This document shows positions 21,804 through 30,008 of a stretch of DNA of 30,305 nucleotides, in pieces; positions within the stretch are counted from its first letter, which is position 1; each line of letters begins with the position of its first letter. Location of the stretch: assembly GCA_039029915.1 (NCBI GenBank), contig JBCCFD010000035.1, forward strand, positions 1 to 30,305, written 5' to 3'. The translations under genes were made by a program, and so were the position numbers. The notes beneath the pieces were generated by a model. That model had not been told where the DNA came from. It saw only the letters and a program-made list of their open reading frames with translations, and did no database searches. The stretch comes from Chloroflexota bacterium (GTDB taxonomy: Bacteria > Chloroflexota > Anaerolineae > Promineifilales > Promineifilaceae).

Positions 21804-22493
21804 GTGACTCATAAAATTTTAGCAGTTGACGATAGTGAGCATATTTTAAGCATCTTAGAAGTTATCCTCAATCAAGCTGGTTATCATACTATTTTATCTG
21901 ATAGCGGAACAAAAGGTTTAATTCAGTTCCAAGATGAAAAACCAGATTTAGTCATCTTGGATGTGAATATGCCAGAAATGAATGGCTGGGATGTTTGTAG
22001 AAAGATTCGGGAAGTTTCTGAAGTACCAATTATATTCTTAACAGCAGCTCACGTTTCAATTGAAGATAAAATTCAGGGATTTGATTTAGGAGCAAATGAT
22101 TACATTACTAAGCCGTTCCATCAAAAGGAATTTTTGGCAAGAGTTCGAGCAAATCTCCGAATTTCACCAATGCTCCAAAATCAGCATGTTTATGATGATG
22201 GCTACTTAAAGGTTGATTTTATTGAGCGGTGTGTATCCTGCGATAAGAAGAATATTGATTTAACAGAAAAAGAGTTTGGCTTGTTGCGCACCCTTATCCA
22301 ATCACCAAATCAAACTGTGACAAATGAAGTTTTATTTCAAAAGGTTTGGGGGTATCCTGAATCATTTGATCCGAACTATGTCCGAATTTATACAAGCTCT
22401 CTTAGACGAAAAATTGAGCCCGACCATAAAAATCCTGTCTATATTTTAACAGACCGCGGTCGGGGGTATCGTTTTATATCTAACCAGGAATAG
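21804..22493 (+). CDS. OmpR/PhoB-family response regulator (REC + winged helix), orphan
   Basis: ILAVDDSEHIL...LVILDVNMPEMNGWDV and a C-terminal LTEKEFGLLRTL...RGRGYRF. GTG start with TAGGAG upstream. Lower GC (~36%) than its neighbours. Confidence 0.8.
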   Translation: MTHKILAVDDSEHILSILEVILNQAGYHTILSDSGTKGLIQFQDEKPDLVILDVNMPEMNGWDVCRKIREVSEVPIIFLTAAHVSIEDKIQGFDLGANDYITKPFHQKEFLARVRANLRISPMLQNQHVYDDGYLKVDFIERCVSCDKKNIDLTEKEFGLLRTLIQSPNQTVTNEVLFQKVWGYPESFDPNYVRIYTSSLRRKIEPDHKNPVYILTDRGRGYRFISNQE

Positions 22494-22556
22494 GGTAAAC
22501 CGCACCGATCATTCGATTTGCCATCCCGCATAATCAAAGTCTTCTTCTGTAAAGTG

Positions 22557-23654
22557 TTACTCTGATTTGAGGGCTTGAATCAGGGAATCAACATCTCCCT
22601 TAATTAACTCAAGCAATCGAATATATTCTGCTTTTTCCACTGCAGAATGCCCTTTGCTATCGAATTTTGCCAGGTGGGTTCTGATGAAGCGAAGATAGTC
22701 TAAATTATCACGTTGCTTATTTGAGGAAGAGGACTGGGCTTCCGAATCCCCCTGCCCTACTGATGGCAACGGCCGTATCTCTTCAATTTCCTCTTCAGCA
22801 AGCCCCCCTACTGCAGGTTCTTCTTCTTGGGGTGGGGGAGGTTGACGCAGGAGCCGTATCACCTGAGCCACTGTCGAAGTTGGACTGTCTTTTAAATAGC
22901 GGGCAATTTGGGTTCCCTCAGCATCACTGATAGTGCCAGCTTCTCGCTCGCGAACTAGGGCCCGTTGATGAGCGGTGCTGAGACCTTGATAAACGCGTGA
23001 CTCACGTTCGGACATGGTGCCTGAACGAATATTTTCCTGAAGCGCTTCATCTAACTTCAGGACGCCAACCAGTTGGGAAACCCGTTGACGAGACATACCT
23101 AATCGATCGCCCACTTTTGCCCAAGTAATCGTTTTGCCCCACGGTTCTTTCGATTGGATATTTTCAGCTTTTGCGGTAGCTAATTCCTCTTCCATCAGCT
23201 TCTTAAGGCGCGTGAGCCCAATAGCTCGATCGACATCATTTAAATCTTCACGCTGCATGTTTTCCACAAGCTGACGCACAAAGCGAGTTACTTCATCATA
23301 ATTGCGTCGACGCACGATGGCTGGAATGGTATCAAGACCGGCCAGCTTTGCTGCTCGCCAGCGTCGCTCACCGTGAACAATCACATACTGCCCTGGAGAC
23401 ACTTCAGTGACCTCTATTGGCTGGATTACCCCATCTTGCCAAATACTGTCACTTAAATCTTTAAGAGAGTCATCGACAAAGGTTTGACGTGGCTGAAGCC
23501 TGTCTGGCTGGATGGCGTCAATACGCAATGCTAACAACTGTAAACCAGATGATTGCTCAATATCATCAGCAGATGAGAAGAGTTGGGCTAGGTCTCCGCT
23601 TTTGGGGCGGACTGGTTGGGCTAGATTTACTTTAGGGCGTTTCTTTTTTGGCAT
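22557..23654 (-). CDS. parB: ParB/Spo0J-type partition protein with an extended C-terminus
   Basis: ParB box VHGERRWRAAKLAGLDTIPAIVRR and an HTH (LGMSRQRVSQL). Begins 3 nt after the parA stop. Confidence 0.85.
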   Translation of the reverse strand: MPKKKRPKVNLAQPVRPKSGDLAQLFSSADDIEQSSGLQLLALRIDAIQPDRLQPRQTFVDDSLKDLSDSIWQDGVIQPIEVTEVSPGQYVIVHGERRWRAAKLAGLDTIPAIVRRRNYDEVTRFVRQLVENMQREDLNDVDRAIGLTRLKKLMEEELATAKAENIQSKEPWGKTITWAKVGDRLGMSRQRVSQLVGVLKLDEALQENIRSGTMSERESRVYQGLSTAHQRALVREREAGTISDAEGTQIARYLKDSPTSTVAQVIRLLRQPPPPQEEEPAVGGLAEEEIEEIRPLPSVGQGDSEAQSSSSNKQRDNLDYLRFIRTHLAKFDSKGHSAVEKAEYIRLLELIKGDVDSLIQALKSE

Positions 23655-23657
23655 CGG

Positions 23658-24440
23658 TTAGCTCCCTAATACAAGCTCTTTGGCAATCGATTGGTACGCT
23701 TTCGCCCCCTGTGTGTCAGGTGCATAGCTAAGAATGCTTTCCCCGGCCACAGCACTTTCTGCAAATCGGACTGAGCGCCGAATAATTGGTTCAAAGATGC
23801 GAATGTCATTCCCATACTGCTGCAAGATGGCATCATGTATATCTTTTGTGAGGGTAGTTCGCGTATCGGCCATTGTGAGTAAGATGCCTTCAATTTGTAA
23901 TGAGGGGTTGAGCTTCTTTGTGCGCACTGTCTCTATGCTTGACATGATCATGGAAGCACCTCGAGCTGCTAAATATTCTGTTTGGATGGGAATCAGAACA
24001 CCCGTGGCCGTTGTTAATGCATTGATAACGAGAAGACCTAGGGAGGGATTGCAATCAATCAAAATATAGTCATAGTATGGTTTGATGTTTTCTAAAATTG
24101 TGGAGAGCACGCGTTCTCGACTGAGGGTATTCATCAAAGAAAGCTCGATCAGGCTGAGTTCAGGTTGCGAGGGGAGAATGTGAAATCCTTCATCAGTTTC
24201 ATAAACGGCCGTCATGGTATCATAACGGGTTCCATCCATTTCAGCTTTAAAAATATCATAGACTGTTGGGTTAACATGCTCGGGGTCAATGCCACAATGT
24301 TGTGTTAAATTCCCTTGTGCATCTAAATCAATGGCAAGAACGCGCTGTCCAAGCTGGGCAATGCCAGCTGCTAGACTAACCGTCGTTGTCGTCTTGCCAA
24401 CACCACCTTTTTGCATGGCAACTGCAAGGATTTTTGTCAT
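23658..24440 (-). CDS. parA: ParA/Soj-type partition ATPase
   Basis: Deviant Walker A KGGVGKTTT. Start set at MTKILAV with GAGGAG 7 nt upstream; the track ORF starts 5 codons earlier at TTG. Confidence 0.88.
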   Translation of the reverse strand: MTKILAVAMQKGGVGKTTTTVSLAAGIAQLGQRVLAIDLDAQGNLTQHCGIDPEHVNPTVYDIFKAEMDGTRYDTMTAVYETDEGFHILPSQPELSLIELSLMNTLSRERVLSTILENIKPYYDYILIDCNPSLGLLVINALTTATGVLIPIQTEYLAARGASMIMSSIETVRTKKLNPSLQIEGILLTMADTRTTLTKDIHDAILQQYGNDIRIFEPIIRRSVRFAESAVAGESILSYAPDTQGAKAYQSIAKELVLGS

Positions 24441-24470
24441 CTGTTTTCTCCTCAATTAGCAATCGTCGTT

Positions 24471-24521
24471 ACCATATCACGAAGGGAGTAGGGCGTCAAC
24501 GAACTGTCAACCAAGGTTGAC
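24471..24521 (-). promoter_or_regulatory. parA promoter (TTGACG-17-TATGGT on the minus strand) overlapped by GTCAAC repeats and the palindrome GTCAACCAAGGTTGAC
   Basis: GTCAAC at 24495 and 24506; perfect palindrome at 24506-24521. Candidate ParA/ParB autoregulatory operator. Confidence 0.45.
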
Positions 24522-24561
24522 ACTTTGTAAAAGACAGGTGGTAAGCCTTAATTGATAACTG

Positions 24562-24592
24562 GTGAACTGTCCTAGTTTTTAGGACGGTTCAC
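24562..24592. promoter_or_regulatory. Inverted repeat GTGAACTGTCC-N9-GGACGGTTCAC just upstream of the Bro-N gene promoter (TTGACG-17-TATTGT at 24605-24633)
   Basis: 10-bp arms with one mismatch. It lies between the divergent parA and Bro-N/DinD-like genes. Confidence 0.45.
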
Positions 24593-24659
24593 GATAGTTC
24601 TCTTTTGACGGCACTCTGGCTTTTTGCTATTGTCTGTTTGTGACTAAGGAGAGCTTACT

Positions 24660-25520
24660 ATGAGCAATATTGTTTCGTATGAAGATTATGAAGTGCGTCG
24701 AGTGTGGGTTGAGGATGAGCAGGGAAACGGCCGTTGGTACTTTGCAGTTGTTGATGTCATCGAGCTACTCACCGACAGTAAGAAAGTGCGTCAATATTGG
24801 CTCAACATGCAGCAGCGGTCGATCAAAAAGGAAGGCGTTGATCTAAAAGATAATTGCCTCAAAATTCGATTGAAGCACCGCAATAATCGATCATATGAAA
24901 CCGACTGCGCAGATGTCGAGTGGCTTTTCAGAATTATACAAGCCATTCCGTCCCCCAAAGCAGAACCCATTAAACAGTGGTTAGCCCAATCTGGTCGCCA
25001 GCGACTGGAAGAAGAGAATGATCCAGATTTAACCCTCAAACGAATGCGACAATCTTATCTTGATAAAGGGTACTCAAAGGATTGGGTAGAGTCCCGTATT
25101 CAGGGCATTGTGACTCGCAATGAGTTAACGGATGAGTGGAAGCAGCGGGGTGTCGAACCACGGAAGTTTGGTTTCTTAACTTCTGAGATTTCTAAAGGCA
25201 CCTTTAATATCAAAATTAGTGAGCATAAAACATTTAAAGGGCTAAAGAAGCGGGATAACCTTCGTGATAACATGACCCGGCTTGAGCTGCTATTTACCAT
25301 GTTAGGGGAAGAAGCCACGGCCGAAATTGCCCGAACAGATGACGCCCAAGGATTTGGTGAAAATTTAGAGGCGGCTAAGAAAGGGGGTCAGGTGGCTGGT
25401 GATGCCCGTCGTTTGTTGGAGGCTCAAACGGGCAAGCCGGTTCTAAGCTCTAAAAACTTTCTAGATGTGGGGCAGGAAAAACCATTACTTGAAGATGGTG
25501 ATGAGGATGTGCCGTTTTAG
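24660..25520 (+). CDS. Bro-N domain protein, DNA-damage-inducible protein D (DinD)-like
   Basis: N-terminal Bro-N-like segment, then YWLNMQQRSIKKEGVDL...WLFRIIQAIPSPKAEPIKQWLAQ...KDWVESRIQGIVTRNELTDEW, as in DinD/BRO-family proteins. SD AAGGAG 8 nt before the ATG. Confidence 0.6.
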   Translation: MSNIVSYEDYEVRRVWVEDEQGNGRWYFAVVDVIELLTDSKKVRQYWLNMQQRSIKKEGVDLKDNCLKIRLKHRNNRSYETDCADVEWLFRIIQAIPSPKAEPIKQWLAQSGRQRLEEENDPDLTLKRMRQSYLDKGYSKDWVESRIQGIVTRNELTDEWKQRGVEPRKFGFLTSEISKGTFNIKISEHKTFKGLKKRDNLRDNMTRLELLFTMLGEEATAEIARTDDAQGFGENLEAAKKGGQVAGDARRLLEAQTGKPVLSSKNFLDVGQEKPLLEDGDEDVPF

Positions 25521-25678
25521 GATAATTGACTGTATGGTGTGGGAATACGGCCGTAAAATACGGCCCAATGTGCTGAAATCTGCGATTTAAGGCCGATTTA
25601 TGTAAATTGTTGGAAAGAGACTAGATGTGCCTATTAACATAACTTAAAACGCAAAATAAATACATTTGAGCAATAAAA

Positions 25679-25712
25679 AAGGCTTTGCATACTTCGCAAA
25701 GCCTTTTTTTAT
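25679..25712. terminator. Bidirectional rho-independent terminator AAAAAAGGCTTTGC-ATACTTC-GCAAAGCCTTTTTTTA
   Basis: 10-bp perfect stem flanked by A-run and T-run. Sits between the convergent Bro-N and htrA-like genes. Confidence 0.8.
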
Positions 25713-25804
25713 AACTATTTTTGTCTTGTTCCGTGCCGTGAGTGAAATTTAGTGCAACGAACTGCCTACTTTAAATAAAACAACAATCATAAACTGCAGA
25801 ACAC

Positions 25805-27043
25805 TTAGCCTGTGGGTCGGGCCTCAAGAAGAAGCGGAATTGTGATTTGTTCGCCATTGCGAATTACGTTGAGGTTAATCGTCTGCCCCACTTGCGTTTG
25901 TTGAACAAGATAGCCGAGTAAATCTTCAACTGTTGTAACTGGTGTGCCATCGATGCCAATAATAATGTCACCATTCCCATTAGGGCTGCCAACTAAACCG
26001 GCTCGTTGTGCTGGACCCCCGGCAACAACATCTGCCACTACGATACCACCTTCGATGTTAAGACCCAGTTGGGCAATCCCTTCCGGGGTCAATGCCGAAC
26101 CAGAGATACCAACCCAAGGTGTTGAGGCACTACCATTTTGAATGAGCTGAGGGGCAATGGCTGCCACAATGTTTGAAGGAACAGCTAACCCAATGCCAGA
26201 TGAACCGCGTACTGGTGACTCAATCGCTGTATTGACCCCTATCACATTGCCATAGATATCTAAAAGTGGTCCCCCTGAGTTGCCAGGATTAACGGCCGCA
26301 TCCGTTTGAATGATGTCAGGAATTTGGAACTGAGAGTTGCCCGGGAAGGTGCGGTCAACGGCCGAAATAATACCGGATGTCATTGTGTTTTGTAGGCCAA
26401 ACGGGCTGCCTAATGCAATCACAATTTGACCAACCTGAACAGCTCCTGAATCCCCCAGAGGTATTGGTTGTAAATTAGCCTCATTTGGATTGACGCGAAC
26501 AACAGCTAAGTCTGAGCCGGGATCACGGCCCACAAGCTCGGCGTCTAAGACAGTGCCGTCAGCTAAGCCAACAGCAATCTGCTGTGCGCCCTCGATCACA
26601 TGGTTGTTCGTAATGATATGGCCGTTATTGTCATAGACCCAGCCTGAGCCCTGTCCTCCATCCGTTAAAATAACAACAACAGATGGGTTTAAGCGAGCAT
26701 AAAGGTCAATAAAGGCTTGCTGTTGAGCCGCAATGGCTTCAAATCCTACAGGAACTTGAACGACTGGTGCTGGCTGAATAGGGGCAATTTCTGTTTCAAT
26801 AACAGGTGCCACTTCTTCGGGGACTACCTCAACGGGTGTTGACTCAACAACTGAGTTTTCTTCAGGCTCAGCCACGGCCGTTTCTGGCTCAATCAGTTCT
26901 TCAGCAACCGTGGGTAAAATCTCAACGGCCGTATCAACTGGTTGGCTAGCAATAGAAGATAAACCTACCCCACCACATGCGGATAAAATAAAAATGAGAC
27001 CAACTGCAAATGTAAACCAAAAATAGCGATAAGAACGGGTCAT
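25805..27043 (-). CDS. HtrA/DegP-family serine protease (trypsin-like domain + PDZ), secreted or lipoprotein
   Basis: Start at MTRSYRYF with GGAGG upstream. Signal/lipobox ILSACGG. Catalytic motifs TNNHVIEGA, DLAVVRV and GNSGGPLLD (Ser). A C-terminal PDZ follows. Confidence 0.8.
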   Translation of the reverse strand: MTRSYRYFWFTFAVGLIFILSACGGVGLSSIASQPVDTAVEILPTVAEELIEPETAVAEPEENSVVESTPVEVVPEEVAPVIETEIAPIQPAPVVQVPVGFEAIAAQQQAFIDLYARLNPSVVVILTDGGQGSGWVYDNNGHIITNNHVIEGAQQIAVGLADGTVLDAELVGRDPGSDLAVVRVNPNEANLQPIPLGDSGAVQVGQIVIALGSPFGLQNTMTSGIISAVDRTFPGNSQFQIPDIIQTDAAVNPGNSGGPLLDIYGNVIGVNTAIESPVRGSSGIGLAVPSNIVAAIAPQLIQNGSASTPWVGISGSALTPEGIAQLGLNIEGGIVVADVVAGGPAQRAGLVGSPNGNGDIIIGIDGTPVTTVEDLLGYLVQQTQVGQTINLNVIRNGEQITIPLLLEARPTG

Positions 27044-27503
27044 TGTACCTCCACAGATAAAATGGTTTGAAAACAAGCTGACTATTCCATGAAAATGAGC
27101 GGGTCAAAGCTTGGTCTGCTAAACGCCGGATGTGGGATATGTAATCAGCTTGCTTTCTGTAAAATCTTAATTTCAAATATGGACACAGTATGGCTAAAAG
27201 TCGTAAACTAAATGTTATGTGTGACTGAACTTTGCTTAAAAAAATCCGACTTTTCTGAGACCCAAATTAAAAGTGAGTTGAAAAAATGAGGGAGTATGAG
27301 TTGTGGTTAAAAAATGTTTGAAAATTTTGTAAAATATGTCAAAAAGACAAATCGACGAAATAAAGATTTGTTGCTACATTAAAACCGCGACATAAGCACC
27401 CTTCGTGTAGATGTTTCACGGGAAACAATGGTGCGAATATCTTGTTCTTGAGGCCATCAAAGCAGCTAAAAGCACCAATAAAAACAAAGGCTCCGACAAA
27501 ATT

Positions 27504-28181
27504 ATGACCTACTCACTAAAAAATATCGTTCCTTGGGGGCGTACCTTTGACGAGTATCAAGCGATGTTTGCTTTGACTGATGATGACCTGACCAAGGCGA
27601 TCTTAGGCTGCGCAGATGGTCCAGCTAGCTTTAATGCAGAACTGACGGCCAGAAACGGTCGTATTGTTTCCACTGACCCGCTCTATGCTTACAGCAAGGC
27701 CGATATTCAGCAGCGCATTGACGCTATTTATGATGAAGTGGTTGAGCAGGCTCGCCAAAATCAGGACCAGTTTGTGTGGCAGCATATCCCCTCGGTTGAG
27801 TCATTAGGTGAGCTTCGCATGATGGCGATGTCTCGCTTTTTGGCGGATTATGAGGCTGGGAAGAAAAACGGCCGTTATCAAACGGCTAGCCTACCCCACC
27901 TACCTTTTGCAGATAATCAGTTTGATCTGGCGCTTTGCTCACACTTTTTATTCTTGTACAGTGAACAGCTTTCAGAAGAATTTCACGATCAAGCAGTCAG
28001 AGAGCTTTTGCGAGTCGCTCATGAAGTGAGAATATTCCCTCTACTCGATTTAACCGCCTCCCCTTCCAAGCATCTCAATCCCATCATGCAAAAGCTCAAG
28101 AAAGAGGGGCATCAAGTAGACATTTTAACCGTATCTTATGAATTTCAGAGAGGCGGCAATCAAATGTGCCGTATTTCTTGA
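27504..28181 (+). CDS. Class I SAM-dependent methyltransferase (small-molecule type)
   Basis: Motif I ILGCADGPASF and post-II LPFADNQFDLALCSHFLF. No DPPY/NPPY or PCQ/ENV DNA-methyltransferase motifs. Start taken at MTYSLKN; the track starts at 27411. Confidence 0.65.
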   Translation: MTYSLKNIVPWGRTFDEYQAMFALTDDDLTKAILGCADGPASFNAELTARNGRIVSTDPLYAYSKADIQQRIDAIYDEVVEQARQNQDQFVWQHIPSVESLGELRMMAMSRFLADYEAGKKNGRYQTASLPHLPFADNQFDLALCSHFLFLYSEQLSEEFHDQAVRELLRVAHEVRIFPLLDLTASPSKHLNPIMQKLKKEGHQVDILTVSYEFQRGGNQMCRIS

Positions 28182-28403
28182 AACAAATATTTACATTTTC
28201 CGTATAAAGATGTAATGTGTGTGGCGAAATGGTGTAATTAGACCGAAGAGAGCAAGTTGCCCTAATAAAATTTCCTAAGTAAATTCCACATCGCCAACCT
28301 GCTTTATCTCAAGATTTTTTGTGAGACCGACAAATTACAAAGAATCAATTACCAAATTACCAGCTATCCTATATCTTAAAAACCAAAAATCCTCCGTTGA
28401 TTG

Positions 28404-28443
28404 AAGGTAGAGACTGGTTCATGACGAGTCAGTCTTTGTTTTT
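28404..28443 (+). terminator. Terminator-like hairpin GAGACTGGTTCATGACGAGTCAGTCTTTGTTTTTA directly upstream of the SPFH gene RBS
   Basis: AGACTG/CAGTCT stem plus a T-rich tail. Could terminate the MTase transcript or act as an attenuator. Confidence 0.35.
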
Positions 28444-28476
28444 AATTATATTTTGATCAAATCCTAGGAGGATCAT

Positions 28477-30006
28477 ATGGGGTCACTACGCTCAGCAGTC
28501 AGAACGGCCGTTGATGTTGCCCAATCAGATGAATTTCAGCAGTTCGCTATCGACATGCGCGATTTTATTTCTGCGCGTCAAGAGGGCGGGTCATCCAGTA
28601 CCGAAATTACTCAAATGTCAGCAACCATTGACGATGTTGCTGAAGTCATAAACCGGAGCTTTTCTAAAGATGATGGCCAAGGTGGGGAAGTGACCAACAT
28701 TATCTCCCCGGTGGTCATGCCAAAGGCGGCTGGCTCTTACTTTAGAGCACTTTCGCTTCCTGTTATGATGATTATTATTGGAGGTATAGGCTATGTGGCC
28801 ACTGGTATCATTCCGGGCTCCCTCCAATCGGCACTTTTTGGTGTTCACTATTGGCTTCTTGTGATTGCTTTTGCAGGATTTAGCGTATGGCGCAGCCGAA
28901 TTGTGATGGTACCAGACGGCTGCCAAGCCTTAATAACAAAGTTTGGTAAGGTTGAAGAAGTGGTTGGGCCTGGACGAAAATGGTTAGGCTTCCACCCCCG
29001 TCGTAAGGTGAGCTACATCGTTAATGTCACCAAAGCATACCCCTACAATGCCCCTATCCGGGAAGCACCGACCCAAGGTCGAATCAACGCCTCTGTCGAC
29101 CTTTTCCTCCAATTCCGCATTGAAGATCCCCAAGAGTTCATTTTTACCCTTGGTGGTGTGAATGGGTTCTCAGAGAAACTACAAAATGCCATCAGCGAAG
29201 TCACCCGTGCCCTGATTTATGCGCAGCGGGCCGAAGATATCTATGACCTAGTCGGGGAAAGCACCAAAAGCGTGCTCGAATCGCTCAATAAGCAGTTTTT
29301 ACCAGCAGTTCGCTTTGTAAATGCCAATATTACGCATGCAGAGCCATCTAGCCGCGAGTATCGTAAGGACTTAGCCTCTCCTGAGATGGTAAAGGTAGCC
29401 AAAGAAGCCTATACCTATCAATATGAGCTAGAACTTCGTAAAAACCAAGATGAAGGTGAACTCAATAAAGATTTAGCGGAACTTCGTGAACAGCTTTCAG
29501 GGATTCGGGCTGAAATTGCCACTCATCAAGCGCGGATTGATACCGCTCGCGAAAAAGCGATCAATCAGGCGAATGCATACGCTCGTCAGCTACTTGTCGA
29601 AGCAGAGAGTGAAGCGAAAGCGAATGCTGCCCTTCTAGAGGCGCAGGCACTGGATATTCGCACCGTGAATAGTGCTTTCTATCATGAGATTCTTGAATAT
29701 CGTTATCAACAAGAGATTTTAGACCGCATTGAAGGGGTTTCAGATAAATTGCCACAGGTGATCAATATGGGTTCCGCAGAGGATAACCATGTGGACTTCA
29801 TGGCTGTTGCCAAGCAGATGATGGGTATTGATGGTGCGCCTCTCTACAACAGTGCCGATATTGAATCGATGCGCACACGAATTAAAGATATTTCTGGGCG
29901 AATTAAAGAGCGAGCTAAAAAGCTTGCCCAAGAAGAAGAATCAGAGGCGATCGCCATCGCTGAAGAGATGCTCCCCTCTGAAACAAAACCCAATAAGGAG
30001 GCCTAA
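28477..30006 (+). CDS. SPFH/band-7 protein with a long C-terminal coiled coil (flotillin-like), 509 aa
   Basis: SD AGGAGG before the ATG. TM segment, then an SPFH core (VMVPDGCQALITKFGKVEEVVGPG...) and a heptad-rich, Glu/Ala-rich C-terminus. Confidence 0.75.
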   Translation: MGSLRSAVRTAVDVAQSDEFQQFAIDMRDFISARQEGGSSSTEITQMSATIDDVAEVINRSFSKDDGQGGEVTNIISPVVMPKAAGSYFRALSLPVMMIIIGGIGYVATGIIPGSLQSALFGVHYWLLVIAFAGFSVWRSRIVMVPDGCQALITKFGKVEEVVGPGRKWLGFHPRRKVSYIVNVTKAYPYNAPIREAPTQGRINASVDLFLQFRIEDPQEFIFTLGGVNGFSEKLQNAISEVTRALIYAQRAEDIYDLVGESTKSVLESLNKQFLPAVRFVNANITHAEPSSREYRKDLASPEMVKVAKEAYTYQYELELRKNQDEGELNKDLAELREQLSGIRAEIATHQARIDTAREKAINQANAYARQLLVEAESEAKANAALLEAQALDIRTVNSAFYHEILEYRYQQEILDRIEGVSDKLPQVINMGSAEDNHVDFMAVAKQMMGIDGAPLYNSADIESMRTRIKDISGRIKERAKKLAQEEESEAIAIAEEMLPSETKPNKEA

Positions 30007-30008
30007 TC

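Larger units (their letters stand above)
7332..28511. repeat. Dispersed highly iterated palindrome ACGGCCGT (extended consensus AAACGGCCGTTT): 30 exact copies
   Basis: Exact octamer starts at 7332, 8081, 8322, 8907, 9461, 10222, 10543, 11425, 12842, 13023, 13851, 14491, 15370, 15421, 16113, 17827, 18456, 18741, 19143, 19700, 20128, 20830, 22769, 24205, 24727, 25547, 26874, 26935, 27868 and 28504. At least 12 one-mismatch variants also occur, for example 11833, 14013, 15572 and 26292. Confidence 0.9.

Noticed and set aside
27411-27503. Upstream extension of the methyltransferase ORF (MFHGKQWC...)
   Set aside because: No RBS. The conserved N-terminus of this MTase family begins at MTYSL. It is treated as a 5' leader.
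27504-28181. The methyltransferase as the enzyme behind the ACGGCCGT palindrome
   Set aside because: The motifs are those of small-molecule class I MTases (the LPFADNQFD type). There is no DPPY/NPPY or PCQ/ENV DNA-methyltransferase signature.
29945-29952. Cyanobacterial HIP1 (GCGATCGC)
   Set aside because: It occurs only once in 30 kb. The iterated palindrome here is ACGGCCGT, so this is not a HIP1-type genome signature.
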